From: an uncultured bacterium
GTDB lineage: Bacteria; Actinomycetota; Coriobacteriia; Coriobacteriales; Coriobacteriaceae
Length of the DNA stretch: 64,000 bases
Assembly (NCBI GenBank): GCA_905214945.1
Contig: CAJMOC010000004.1
Location: 65,068 to 129,067, forward strand
Reading direction: 5' to 3'
Part shown: positions 22,255-31,590 of the stretch, piece after piece
Position numbering within the stretch: the stretch's first letter is position 1
How the letters are laid out: each line of letters starts with the position of its first letter
Translations under genes and position numbers: made by a program
Notes under the pieces: model-generated
Databases searched by the model: none
Seen by the model: the letters and a program-made list of their open reading frames with translations, nothing else
Told to the model about the DNA's origin: nothing

Positions 22255-23131
22255 TCAACCAAGACGAGTCAACAAGGCGCGCTCTCCTCGGCAGCAAGGG
22301 CATTCGTGCTGTAACGAGTGGTGGAGATGGCCACGTTTGCACACAACTGTCTCGGATAGATAGCGGTCGAGCAGGCGCGCCCATGTGCGTGCGTCAAGAC
22401 GCTCCTCCGCCCTGCCATACAGCGATCGACGGAGTGCCTCGCCCATAATGCCGCTAAAATCATCGAGCTCAAGAGCGTACTTTGGGACAACGTATCCGAC
22501 CAACGTCCCCACAAACGGGCTGTGCCCATTACACACGCAGCTGTTTATCAATGGTGCAGGCGGAATGTCATCGTCGTCCAGGTCAAATATGTCCAAGTCC
22601 AGCTCACCAGAAGCGTATGGGTGTATTCCGCGGTTAAGCATCTTAAAGATATGGACCGCGAGTCCAAAGTCATCCGTCTGTGGCGTAAACACGGGGGCAT
22701 TCGTGGACGCTGCCAAGCTCTCGAAATCGCTGATGCCGGCTATCTCCATGAGTTGAAGCACCTCGGGGGCAATATAGCCGGGAGCGGCGCACGCAGTCCT
22801 ATGTGTCACATCCGAAAGCGTAAAGCTATACGAGCGCCTTGATGGTATCCATGCCCGCATGCGCCGAAGCCTCGCAACCCTTCTGCCCGTTGAGCACGCA
22901 CTCGAGCAGCGTATCGTATGCGCGCTGGGCTTCGGGGGCCAGGTACGCCCTGTTAAACATGCCCTCGGGTCGCACGTTTCCCTTCGAATCGATTATACAA
23001 GCCCCCAATCTGTTTGGTTTCCCCAGATTGTGTGCCCGCACACCCAAGCCGCACGGCCCGCCGTTCAGCTGAAACCACCACACAAAAAGTCCGCCGACCA
23101 TTGAAGTCGGCGAACTTTCGCGTGCGGACAA
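22255..23131 (-). pseudogene. Ser/Thr-kinase-like remnants in two overlapping frames, no ATP-binding N-lobe
   Basis: ORF 22255-22860 has an activation-loop/C-lobe signature (APGYIAPEVLQ, DDFGLAVHIF) and a C-terminal CxxxH...CPCC. ORF 22826-23131 has a degenerate catalytic loop (AHNLGKPN, IIDSKGN, YLAPE). No GxGxxG or VAIK region before the next gene. Confidence 0.35.
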
Positions 23132-23156
23132 TCAAGCACTGTTCACCATGGAACTG

Positions 23157-24278
23157 CTATTTACAGCGCGCCTTGGGCTGCTGCTGGGTGATGCAGTGGA
23201 TGTTGCCGCCACCATAGATGACCTCGCGCGTCATGATGCCGATGACCTCGCGATCCGGATAGGCGGCTTGGATATCCTTGAGTGCCTGGGCATCGTTGGG
23301 GTCGCCAAACTGTGGCACCAGCACCGCCCCGTTGATGGGCAGGAAGTTGAGGTAGCTCGGCTCGAAAGCATCCTCGGGGGTACGCGGCAGCACACCCTCG
23401 ACCGGATCGATGGTCGATGCCTCCTCCTCGGTCATATATACCGAGGTCGCAGGCATAATCACCTTGTGGATCTTGAGCTTGCGGCCACGGGCATCCGTCG
23501 TCTCGGAAAGCGTCTTATACGCCTCTTGGCACTCCTTGTAGAACTTATGGTTGGGATCATCGGTCCACATGCAGCAGACCTCTCCGGGCGCACTAAAGCA
23601 TGCGACGTCATCCACGTGCCCGTTGGTCTCAAACGGGTCGATGCCATCCTTGATCCAAATGACCTTCTCGATGCCCAGGTACTCGGCAAGCTTCTCCTCG
23701 ATCTGCCCCTTGGTGTACTGGGGGTTGCGGTCCTCATTGAGCAGGCACATCTCGGTGGTCACCACGGTGCCCTGGCCGTCGCAGTTAAACGAGCCACCCT
23801 CGAGGATATAATCCTCGGGACGATAGCGGTTAACCTGCTCGAGCTGTGCCACCTGCAGGCCAATGGAAGCGTCCTTGTCCCACGGGAAATACAGGCCGTC
23901 AATGAAACCGCCGTAAGCATTAAAGTGGAAGTGCGAGAGTGCCACGTCGCCCTTGTCGTTGACAAGAAACGCCGGGCCGGGGTCGCGGATCCAGGAGTCG
24001 TTGTACTCCATATGAATCACGCGCACGTTCTCAACGCCATCGAAAATCTCGCACACCGCAGGGAAATCCTCGGCATTGACACCAACGGTGATGGGTTGGA
24101 AGCGTGCAACGGTCTTAATAATCTCGGTAAAGACCTTTTGCGCCGGCTTGGCACCGCAGCGCCACACATCCGAACGATGCGGCCACAAAATCCAGGTGCG
24201 CTCCTGCTCCTCATACTCGCCGGGCATATAGAACCCGTCCTTCTTAGGTGTGGACTCACTCTCGTAGATGGTCTTCAT
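23157..24278 (-). CDS. aguA: Agmatine deiminase family protein (paralogue 1)
   Basis: 373 aa. C-terminal catalytic GGGNIHCITQQ. Collinear with the second copy at 33756-34961. Confidence 0.85.
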   Translation of the reverse strand: MKTIYESESTPKKDGFYMPGEYEEQERTWILWPHRSDVWRCGAKPAQKVFTEIIKTVARFQPITVGVNAEDFPAVCEIFDGVENVRVIHMEYNDSWIRDPGPAFLVNDKGDVALSHFHFNAYGGFIDGLYFPWDKDASIGLQVAQLEQVNRYRPEDYILEGGSFNCDGQGTVVTTEMCLLNEDRNPQYTKGQIEEKLAEYLGIEKVIWIKDGIDPFETNGHVDDVACFSAPGEVCCMWTDDPNHKFYKECQEAYKTLSETTDARGRKLKIHKVIMPATSVYMTEEEASTIDPVEGVLPRTPEDAFEPSYLNFLPINGAVLVPQFGDPNDAQALKDIQAAYPDREVIGIMTREVIYGGGNIHCITQQQPKARCK

Positions 24279-24456
24279 TTCAAGCTCCTAAATCTCGGTG
24301 CTTTTGCTTGACGAGACCATGATGCGGCCGCACCGAGATGTTCTCAATGGTCCCTCGAGCCCCTTTCAGCGATCGACGGTATACCATTCGCTGACCTAAA
24401 GTTCTATTCAGGCCGAGAACATGACATACTGGGTTCCGCAATGGAAAGGACGCCCT

Positions 24457-25260
24457 ATGCCCCCATGCAATAAACAGCAGACTATTGAGTTGGACAGTAC
24501 GACCCGGACTGCTCTCAACGAGCTCGCGCTTGCAATCCACGCATCACACGGTGTCGATAAGCTGCAAAAGGGGACCCTCGAGGGAACGATAGGGCTCGTG
24601 CCCCATCGGATCGCCATGTTCGACCTGATCGAGGCGGCGGGCAGTGATGCCCCACGCTACGTCCACCCCGCAAGCAGCGGAATGGACGACCGCGCACTGA
24701 GCGACTACTACAACCGCTACGCCGCGATGGACTATACAACATGGAGCTTTGACTTACATAAGGTCGGCGTCTACCGCGACCTCGACCTCGTCGACGTCAA
24801 GCGACGCGATGCCACGCCCATCTATCGCAAATGGATGGAACCGCAGGGCGTCTACTTTGGCTGTACGGCCACGCTTGCTCACAACAACCTACCACTTGGA
24901 AGCATCACCCTGTTTCGCGAACGCACGGCCGGGGACTTCACTGACACCGAGCTCGCAATCCTGCTCGAAATCGCTCGGCACGCGAGCCTCGCGCTCGCCA
25001 ACCTCTATCCTCGGGGCATTAAACTCACCCAGACCGAAGACACAAACCATCTGAACGCCTTCATTACAGAACACAATATCCAACCGCGCGAAGCCGAAGT
25101 CATGCGGCTCATGCTCGACGGCAAAACGAACAAACAGATGGCAAACGAGCTATTCATAAGCGAGTCAACCGTCAAGAAGCACATCAACGCCATCTATCGC
25201 AAGCTCGGCGTCGGCAACCGCCTGGGCCTTATGACTGCCGTGCAAAACATCCTGCGATGA
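24457..25260 (+). CDS. LuxR-family transcriptional regulator (soluble)
   Basis: C-terminal HTH REAEVMRLMLDGKTNKQMANELFISESTVKKHINAIYRKLGV. ATG 24457 follows GGAAAGGA. Confidence 0.85.
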   Translation: MPPCNKQQTIELDSTTRTALNELALAIHASHGVDKLQKGTLEGTIGLVPHRIAMFDLIEAAGSDAPRYVHPASSGMDDRALSDYYNRYAAMDYTTWSFDLHKVGVYRDLDLVDVKRRDATPIYRKWMEPQGVYFGCTATLAHNNLPLGSITLFRERTAGDFTDTELAILLEIARHASLALANLYPRGIKLTQTEDTNHLNAFITEHNIQPREAEVMRLMLDGKTNKQMANELFISESTVKKHINAIYRKLGVGNRLGLMTAVQNILR

Positions 25261-25337
25261 AAAAAGGGCGCCCTCCATGCGGAGAACGCCCTTTGATTTC
25301 GCCATTTGAATTAGTGTCGGCTCTGGCTCAAAGAGTA

Positions 25338-25617
25338 GACAGGTTTATTTTGGCAGGTTTTATCTGGGAAAACGCCAACCGCCGCGAGGGGAGCTACTTG
25401 CCCTTGCGGCGGCCTTCTCGCCGAAAAACCAAGTGAGTAGACCTTTTGCAGGAGGCCGAGCACACTCCAAAACGCCACAGCTCTGACCTGCAGTTTTATT
25501 TAGCGTTTGTCGCGGTGTGCTCGACAGATCCAAAAAGCCTACTCACTTGCATCTGAGGCGCACCGGATCGGCAAAAAACCGCCGCGAAAGGGGTCCGATC
25601 CTCTTCGCGGCAGTTGT
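25338..25617. repeat. Family-D ~280-bp intergenic repeat, copy 1 (between convergent genes)
   Basis: Roughly 85 percent identical by eye to 39200-39484. Contains a CAGGTTTAT direct repeat, a GC hairpin, a ~118-nt foldback (25431-25548), and a terminal hairpin with an A-run that serves the minus-strand gene. Confidence 0.85.
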
Positions 25618-25633
25618 TAATACGCCGAACTTG

Positions 25634-26803
25634 TTATCGCAAAAGCCAATCACGCGCCGAGACCACGCTACAGTCTTTCGACTCATACGTTGAATCCACG
25701 CGGGCCACAACATAGCGCGCATCTTTTGCAATGTCGATCTCATCGCATACAGCCTGTAAATGGCGGGCGTACTTATCGTGATACGTTCTGGATGATTTTA
25801 TTTCGATAGCCTTGGGACTCCCTGAGTTTGTGCAGTCGAGCAAATCGATTTCTCGCTTGCCGTCGTCCCTATAGAAATACAACTCGGGATTCTCGCCCAC
25901 GTTGAGATGGCTCTTCGCCGTTTCGGAAACGATGAGGTTTTCGAAAACTGCCCCCAGATAAGGGCTCTCCAAAAGTTGCTCCAGTGATCCAATTTTGAGC
26001 AAGTAGCAGAGCAGCCCCGTGTCGTAAAAATAAAGCTTGGGCGTTTTAGTCAAACGTTTCCTGGCATTTGCATAATAGGGCTGCAGTGAAAACGTCAGGT
26101 AGCTCTGCTCCAGGATAGACAACCAGCTTTTAATGGTCGATACGTTCACACCCGTATCTCGAGAAAGCGAAGATATATTAATGAGAGCACCGGCGCTCTG
26201 GGCAATTATGGACAGAAACTTATGAAACTCTGCTTTATTGCGCACGTCAAGCAAGCCCACAACATCGCGCTCAACATAGGTATCGATATAGCTGGGGAAA
26301 TAAACCGAGGACGGCATTCCGGCGGAACGCAGGCGAGGGTATCCCCCTTCGAGCGCAAACAAATCCACTTCCAACTGCCCCTGCTGGCCCCTCTCCGCTT
26401 CTCGAAACGAAAATGGCAGCAATTTTAAGATCCCGACTCGCCCGGCAAGAGACTGGCCGATGCTTTTCATCATCAAAAAGTTTTGCGATCCCGTAAGGAT
26501 GTATTGACCGGCGTCTCCCCGCTCATCCGAAACAACCTGAATCATCGAGAACAAATCCGGGGCGTATTGCGCCTCATCGATGATGAGTCCGCCCTTTCGG
26601 TTGCGGATAAAACTCACCGGATCCTCCAAGGCCGCGCGCCTCGTTTGGGGGTCCTCAAGCGTGACATAGGAATAGTCGGGAAAGGCATGCCTAACCAGCG
26701 TAGACTTACCGCTCTGCCTAGGCCCCGTCAACGACACAACAGGAAACCAACCCGCCATGCGAATGAGCAACTCATGCAAATCCCTGTTAATGTACTCGGC
26801 CAT
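25634..26803 (-). CDS. AAA-type ATPase of the DUF4143 kind (function unknown)
   Basis: Walker A GPRQSGKST, Walker B LIIDEAQ. Visibly AT-richer than its neighbours. ATG 26803 follows AAGGGG. Confidence 0.75.
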   Translation of the reverse strand: MAEYINRDLHELLIRMAGWFPVVSLTGPRQSGKSTLVRHAFPDYSYVTLEDPQTRRAALEDPVSFIRNRKGGLIIDEAQYAPDLFSMIQVVSDERGDAGQYILTGSQNFLMMKSIGQSLAGRVGILKLLPFSFREAERGQQGQLEVDLFALEGGYPRLRSAGMPSSVYFPSYIDTYVERDVVGLLDVRNKAEFHKFLSIIAQSAGALINISSLSRDTGVNVSTIKSWLSILEQSYLTFSLQPYYANARKRLTKTPKLYFYDTGLLCYLLKIGSLEQLLESPYLGAVFENLIVSETAKSHLNVGENPELYFYRDDGKREIDLLDCTNSGSPKAIEIKSSRTYHDKYARHLQAVCDEIDIAKDARYVVARVDSTYESKDCSVVSARDWLLR

Positions 26804-26824
26804 ATCAACGCCCCTTATAACGCT

Positions 26825-26916
26825 GTTACCATAATCGTATAGTATCATTTGCCATAATCTTGCAGTAGCATTTTCCATAATCTTGTAGTAGTGTTTTCCA
26901 CAATCTTTTAGTAGCC
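26825..26916. repeat. Four tandem 23-bp direct repeats upstream of the ATPase gene
   Basis: Units at 26825, 26848, 26871 and 26894, consensus TTTnCCAYAATCTTnnAGTAGnn. The first unit is degenerate. Confidence 0.75.
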
Positions 26917-26969
26917 CAGTTCAAAAACGTTATTTATAGAGCCGAAATCTCAGACCCTAAATAACAATA

Positions 26970-27004
26970 GCCACCACAATGGGAACTGTCCCCATTGTGG
27001 TGGC
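26970..27004 (-). terminator. Hairpin terminator downstream of the MATE gene
   Basis: GCCACCACAATGGG / CCCATTGTGGTGGC 14-bp stem. Sequence is related to the hairpin at 48063-48101. Confidence 0.6.
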
Positions 27005-27054
27005 TTGCAGGCGAGTTGACTTATTCGACTATCGCGGGCCGGCCGTGTCCGAGT

Positions 27055-28431
27055 CTAGAGCGTGGCAAGTCGCTTGGATTCGCGGACGGCGAGGGCGATG
27101 GAGATAAGACCAGTGATGGCGTCAGCCGCCACCAAGGCAAACCAGACACCCTGAACGCCCATCATGTTGCCAAGCAGGTACATAAGCGGCACGGAGCAGA
27201 TCACGTAGCGGAGCAGACCGGTGAACGTGGCGATACCCACCTTCTCAACCGCCTGGAAGTACATCGACATGGTCATGGCAAGATAGCCCAGGGCCACGGC
27301 CAGGATAACGATGCGCGTAGCGTTGGCGGCAACCTCGACGAGCGCCGGATCGCTACCAGCAAAAAAGGCGCAGACCGGCGTTGCGGCCACCCATAGCACA
27401 GCAGACACCGCAGCAAGCGTCACGACCTGGTACTTAAGCGTGCAGGAGAGCGTTTCCTTGAGGCGCGCCCACGCCTTGGCGCCGGCGTTGAAGGCGGCAA
27501 TGGGCTGCAGGCCGTACGAGAAGCACTGGGCGACCATCATGGTAATGTAGAGGATGTAGCCGTTGATCACACCAAAGGCCGCGATGTAGAGCGAACCCAT
27601 GTCGCCGCCGAGCTGGCCAAGCAACGAGTTGGCAACGGTGTTGAAGATGAACGTGGCAGCTTGCACCAAAAAGAACGGGAAACCAATCTTGATGATCTGG
27701 CCGCAGATGGCCATGTCGAGTTTGAGGTCGGCGGCGCTGATCTGGAGCTGCGACTTCTTACCGCCGATGAACCAGAAGATACCGATGGCCCAGATACCGA
27801 TGGAAAGACCGTAGTACACACCAGCTCCCATAACGCCAAGCTTGAGCACAAACGTGGAAAGCGCAAGCCAGCAGATAGCGACGATGGCAGACACGGTCAT
27901 GAGGTTGGCCTGGATCTGAACCTTCTCGTCCACACGCATGACGGCGGTGACCATCTGACCAATGACCGTGAGCGGCAGCAGCACGGAGAAGGTGCGCACG
28001 CCGGCAACGGTATCGGCCATGATGTCGGGCGTGGCGCCGAAGAATGCGCAGATGGGCTCGGTAAACACAGCCATCACCACAGCAAGCAGCACACTCACAA
28101 TCGTGGTAAGCCAAAAACCCTGGCTAAACGCCTTGCTGGCGCCCTTAATGTCGCCGGCACCCAAAAGGTTGCCCACCACGGCGGGCACGCCGGTGCCAAA
28201 CAGGTTGCCAAAGGCCAGGTTAATGTACTCGACCGACATGATGATCGAAACACAGGCCAGGCCGTGTGCACCCAGGCCCCAACCCATCACGAGGCCCTCA
28301 AGGACCACCATGATAATCTGGGCGAGCATACCCTGGCCGGTGATGATGGTGTACTTGCGCACCAGGCCGGGAATCGGCTGCGAGGCAAGCTCACGCTCCT
28401 CCTCAACAGCGGCGGTCGTTTCTTCTGCCAT
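27055..28431 (-). CDS. MATE-family efflux transporter
   Basis: 458 aa, 12-TM-like pattern typical of MATE. ATG 28431 follows GGAAAGGGGAG. Confidence 0.8.
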   Translation of the reverse strand: MAEETTAAVEEERELASQPIPGLVRKYTIITGQGMLAQIIMVVLEGLVMGWGLGAHGLACVSIIMSVEYINLAFGNLFGTGVPAVVGNLLGAGDIKGASKAFSQGFWLTTIVSVLLAVVMAVFTEPICAFFGATPDIMADTVAGVRTFSVLLPLTVIGQMVTAVMRVDEKVQIQANLMTVSAIVAICWLALSTFVLKLGVMGAGVYYGLSIGIWAIGIFWFIGGKKSQLQISAADLKLDMAICGQIIKIGFPFFLVQAATFIFNTVANSLLGQLGGDMGSLYIAAFGVINGYILYITMMVAQCFSYGLQPIAAFNAGAKAWARLKETLSCTLKYQVVTLAAVSAVLWVAATPVCAFFAGSDPALVEVAANATRIVILAVALGYLAMTMSMYFQAVEKVGIATFTGLLRYVICSVPLMYLLGNMMGVQGVWFALVAADAITGLISIALAVRESKRLATL

Positions 28432-28527
28432 TGTTCTCCCCTTTCCATGAGAGATTGATGAATGGATGTATGAATGGATGGGCGGCACGCACAGGCTGCG
28501 GCACCGCCCAGCGATGCAGCAGCCCCG

Positions 28528-30156
28528 CTAGGCCTCGTAGACCACCTTGCCGGCAATCATCGTGAGAGACGCCGTGGCCTCGAGGACCTCAGCCGGTTCG
28601 CAGTCAAAGAGGTTACGGTCGAGCACACAGATATCAGCCTGTTTGCCGCATGCGAGCGTACCAATGCGATCCTCGGCATGCATGGCGTAGGCGCTGCCGT
28701 AGGTGTAGGCGCGCAGGGCCTCGGCCATGGTGATGCGCTCCTGCGGGAACCACCCTTCTGGGTTGGAGCCGTCCTCGAGCATGCGGAAGACCGCGCCGTA
28801 CACCTCCTCCATGGGCTCCAAGCCCACAACGGGGAAGTCACTGCCCAGGTGCACCACGGCACCGCTGGCAAGCAGGCTATGCAGGGGCCACGAAAGCGCA
28901 GCACGCTCGGGGCCCACGGCATCGTCCTTGGCAAGGTCAGCCATATCGAGCAGCATGTGCCACGGCTGCATACCAGGGCATATACCCAGCTCCGCGTAGC
29001 GCGGCAGATCCTCGGGCTGAACCGTCTCGTTGTGCTCCATGGAGTGGCGGCAACCCCGCTTACCATGCAAGCGCTCGCCCTCCTCAAAGCAATCAAGCAC
29101 AAAACGCACCGAGCGATCGCCGATCGTATGGACGCGCGTGTCAACGCCCCATTCCTGCGCCCTGACAATGGCGGCACGGATGCGCTCTGGATCCTCCGCG
29201 GGCTCACCGCAGGTATCGGGCGCGTTGGAATAGGGTTCAAGCATCCAAGCGGTGTGGTCGGAGCACACGCCATCAAGAAACTGCTTAAAGCCGTGCCACT
29301 CGACCTGCGTACCCGAGAAGGCGTATTTCTCCTTGATCTGCTCGAGCGTTAAGGACTCGTTTTCGAACAGATCGGTGTACAGGAACACGCGCAGTGGCAA
29401 GTCGCCCTTGGCATTAAGACCTGCCAACACCGCATACGGGTTTTCCATGCTCACAAACGTAGGATTGACCATGCCGACCGTAGTGATTCCCAGGGCATTG
29501 GCGCGCCGGGCGGTTTTTGCAAACGACGCGTCAACAACCTCGGGCGCTGGGTCGTAGACCTCATCCATAAAGAAGGAGCCGGCATTGTTGGAAAACACGC
29601 CCGTCAGGTTGCCGTCGGCATCCTTAAGGATCTTGCCGCCTGTAGGATCGGCCGTCTCGGTAGTAATGCCGACTTTCTCGATAGCGCAGGTATTGGCACT
29701 AAACGTATGCATGTCGACCTGCTGCAAAAATACCGGACGGTCCGAGATGTATTTGTCAATCATCGCAGCCGTGGGCATCTCGGGGATATCCCACTGGAAC
29801 TGAATGATTTGGCAGCCCAGAATCCACTCATTATCGAGATGGGCGTTCGCAAACGCCACGACACGCTCCATCGCCATCTCAAAACTGGTGCAATCGATAA
29901 GGTTGACGGCAAAATCGGGGTCGGTCATAAACGCACCCTGAGCAAAATGCGTGTGCGAGTCAATCAGGCCAGGCATAACGAGCTGATCGCCAAAGTCGCG
30001 CACCTCAGTATCGGGGCCGATAAACGGCGCCAAGTGGGCATCGTCACCGCAGGCAACGATCTTATCGCCACGCACGGCAACGCCGCCCTTAAACGGTTCG
30101 AGCCCATCGCCGGTAAAAACGGTGTTGCTCTTGATAACTACATCAGCCTTGTCCAT
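28528..30156 (-). CDS. Amidohydrolase-family metallohydrolase (YtcJ-like, substrate unknown)
   Basis: LIDSHTHF metal-binding motif, about 540 aa. ATG 30156 follows GAGGAGG. Confidence 0.75.
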   Translation of the reverse strand: MDKADVVIKSNTVFTGDGLEPFKGGVAVRGDKIVACGDDAHLAPFIGPDTEVRDFGDQLVMPGLIDSHTHFAQGAFMTDPDFAVNLIDCTSFEMAMERVVAFANAHLDNEWILGCQIIQFQWDIPEMPTAAMIDKYISDRPVFLQQVDMHTFSANTCAIEKVGITTETADPTGGKILKDADGNLTGVFSNNAGSFFMDEVYDPAPEVVDASFAKTARRANALGITTVGMVNPTFVSMENPYAVLAGLNAKGDLPLRVFLYTDLFENESLTLEQIKEKYAFSGTQVEWHGFKQFLDGVCSDHTAWMLEPYSNAPDTCGEPAEDPERIRAAIVRAQEWGVDTRVHTIGDRSVRFVLDCFEEGERLHGKRGCRHSMEHNETVQPEDLPRYAELGICPGMQPWHMLLDMADLAKDDAVGPERAALSWPLHSLLASGAVVHLGSDFPVVGLEPMEEVYGAVFRMLEDGSNPEGWFPQERITMAEALRAYTYGSAYAMHAEDRIGTLACGKQADICVLDRNLFDCEPAEVLEATASLTMIAGKVVYEA

Positions 30157-30471
30157 GTGAGCCTCCTCAGGCATCTTTGGTTGCAACGCGGACGCACCGC
30201 CCGCGTGGGCACTCGGTTGGGAGCGTAGCGCTCCCGCATCGGCGCGTGCCTACAAGCCGTGCTCGGACGTCTGTCCCACGTCCGCGGCTTCGCGCTACAC
30301 CCATTGATACACAGGGGCAAATCCGTGCCAAGGCCAGGGATCGCAAACGGTCAGTTTAAGCAGGTTTACACGCTTTACCTGCAGGTTTATTGTCTGAGAT
30401 TATTACCGCGTCATTACGCCCAACGGCGTGCCCGCCCACACGGCAAGACCCGCATGCAAGGAAGAATAGGA

Positions 30472-31464
30472 CTAGGAACGCCAAAAGGCATCTATGAGGT
30501 CATCTCGGTTGGAGACACCGCTTTTAACGTAGATGCGATGCAAGTGCGCCTTGACCGTGCCAGGGCTGATGACCAACTCGCTGGCGATGTTTTGGGCGTC
30601 GTTGCCCTTCAGCACCAGCTTGAGCACCTCCTGCTCGCGCCGCGACAGCTTATGGGCATCGGCATAGATCACAACGCGTGATGCTAGATCGTCCCCAGAG
30701 CGTGCGCTCTCGGCCGCCACGTCCTCATCGGCACGCGGATGGCGGGCATACACGCGCAGGATATGGCTAAACTGGCAAAGGAGTTGGACCGCGCATGCCA
30801 CGAGCAGCACGTTTTCGGAGATATTGCGCTCGGACAGATACCACAAAAAGAGGCTGATGACGGGGTTTTGAGAGTCGGGGCGGCAGAGCAAAATCATGTA
30901 GGTGTCCTCGGCGATTACGCAAAACGCAAGAACGAGTGCCACCTTCCAAAAGAGCTTTGAGCGGTCGAGGTCGAGTTTCTCAACACGCGTGGCCCTGTGC
31001 CGGTAATGCCAGGCGGCATAGGCAAGACATCCTACATTGCCCAGGTCACGCGTGAGCCAAAAGAGATACTGCTGCATCTCTCCGGCAGCACCGCTGCGAG
31101 GCACCAGCACCAATTGCAAGATTGAAAACGGCACGATAGCAAGTCCGAGCATGCGCGACGTCGGCCTTTTGCGCAAGCGCGCAAACATCCACAGTACCAC
31201 GCAGGCATAGATGGCAATACCGAGCACGCAGCGCAGCAAGGGGTGCTGCAACGGCTCGCTAAAGGTAACAGCGTAGTCGTATTTGAGCCGATTGTACTCG
31301 TCAAAAAAAATGACCGACATATCGAGCATGTAGAGCAAAAAGCCCGCCGCGGCCACCAGGCTGTCGCGACGGCGCGTCATGAGCCAAACCACCAATGCCA
31401 CGGCACTGGTCACCAGAGCCACACCCATGATAATTGTGGTGTAGATATAGAATGCGAAGCTCAT
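30472..31464 (-). CDS. Membrane-anchored LuxR-family regulator (AguR-like architecture)
   Basis: Multi-TM N-terminal ~230 aa plus C-terminal HTH SRREQEVLKLVLKGNDAQNIASELVISPGTVKAHLHRIYVKSGV. Confidence 0.8.
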   Translation of the reverse strand: MSFAFYIYTTIIMGVALVTSAVALVVWLMTRRRDSLVAAAGFLLYMLDMSVIFFDEYNRLKYDYAVTFSEPLQHPLLRCVLGIAIYACVVLWMFARLRKRPTSRMLGLAIVPFSILQLVLVPRSGAAGEMQQYLFWLTRDLGNVGCLAYAAWHYRHRATRVEKLDLDRSKLFWKVALVLAFCVIAEDTYMILLCRPDSQNPVISLFLWYLSERNISENVLLVACAVQLLCQFSHILRVYARHPRADEDVAAESARSGDDLASRVVIYADAHKLSRREQEVLKLVLKGNDAQNIASELVISPGTVKAHLHRIYVKSGVSNRDDLIDAFWRS

Positions 31465-31590
31465 GTCCCCCCCCTGTTCAGATGCTGTGAGGATGTTGAC
31501 AGATTCTTTGCCGCAAGATTAGACTCACCGATTAAACGTACTGTATCGTTTAGATAAACAAGCTGTGTCTCACCGATGAAAGGAGATGCC

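Noticed and set aside
25352-25372. Sigma-54 promoter (TTGGCAGGTTTTATCTGG) inside the family-D repeat.
   Set aside because: It has the GG of the -24 element but lacks the conserved GC of the -12 element at the correct spacing. No enhancer-binding protein gene is nearby.
26825-26916. CRISPR array.
   Set aside because: The 23-bp units are directly abutting with no spacers, and no cas genes are nearby. This is a plain tandem repeat.
30160-30340. Guanidine-I (ykkC) riboswitch upstream of the amidohydrolase-MATE operon.
   Set aside because: GUCCGAGCACGG resembles one ykkC block. The other conserved blocks as I recall them (CUAGGGUUCCG and AGCCCGGGAGA) are absent, so no call is made without a covariance-model scan.
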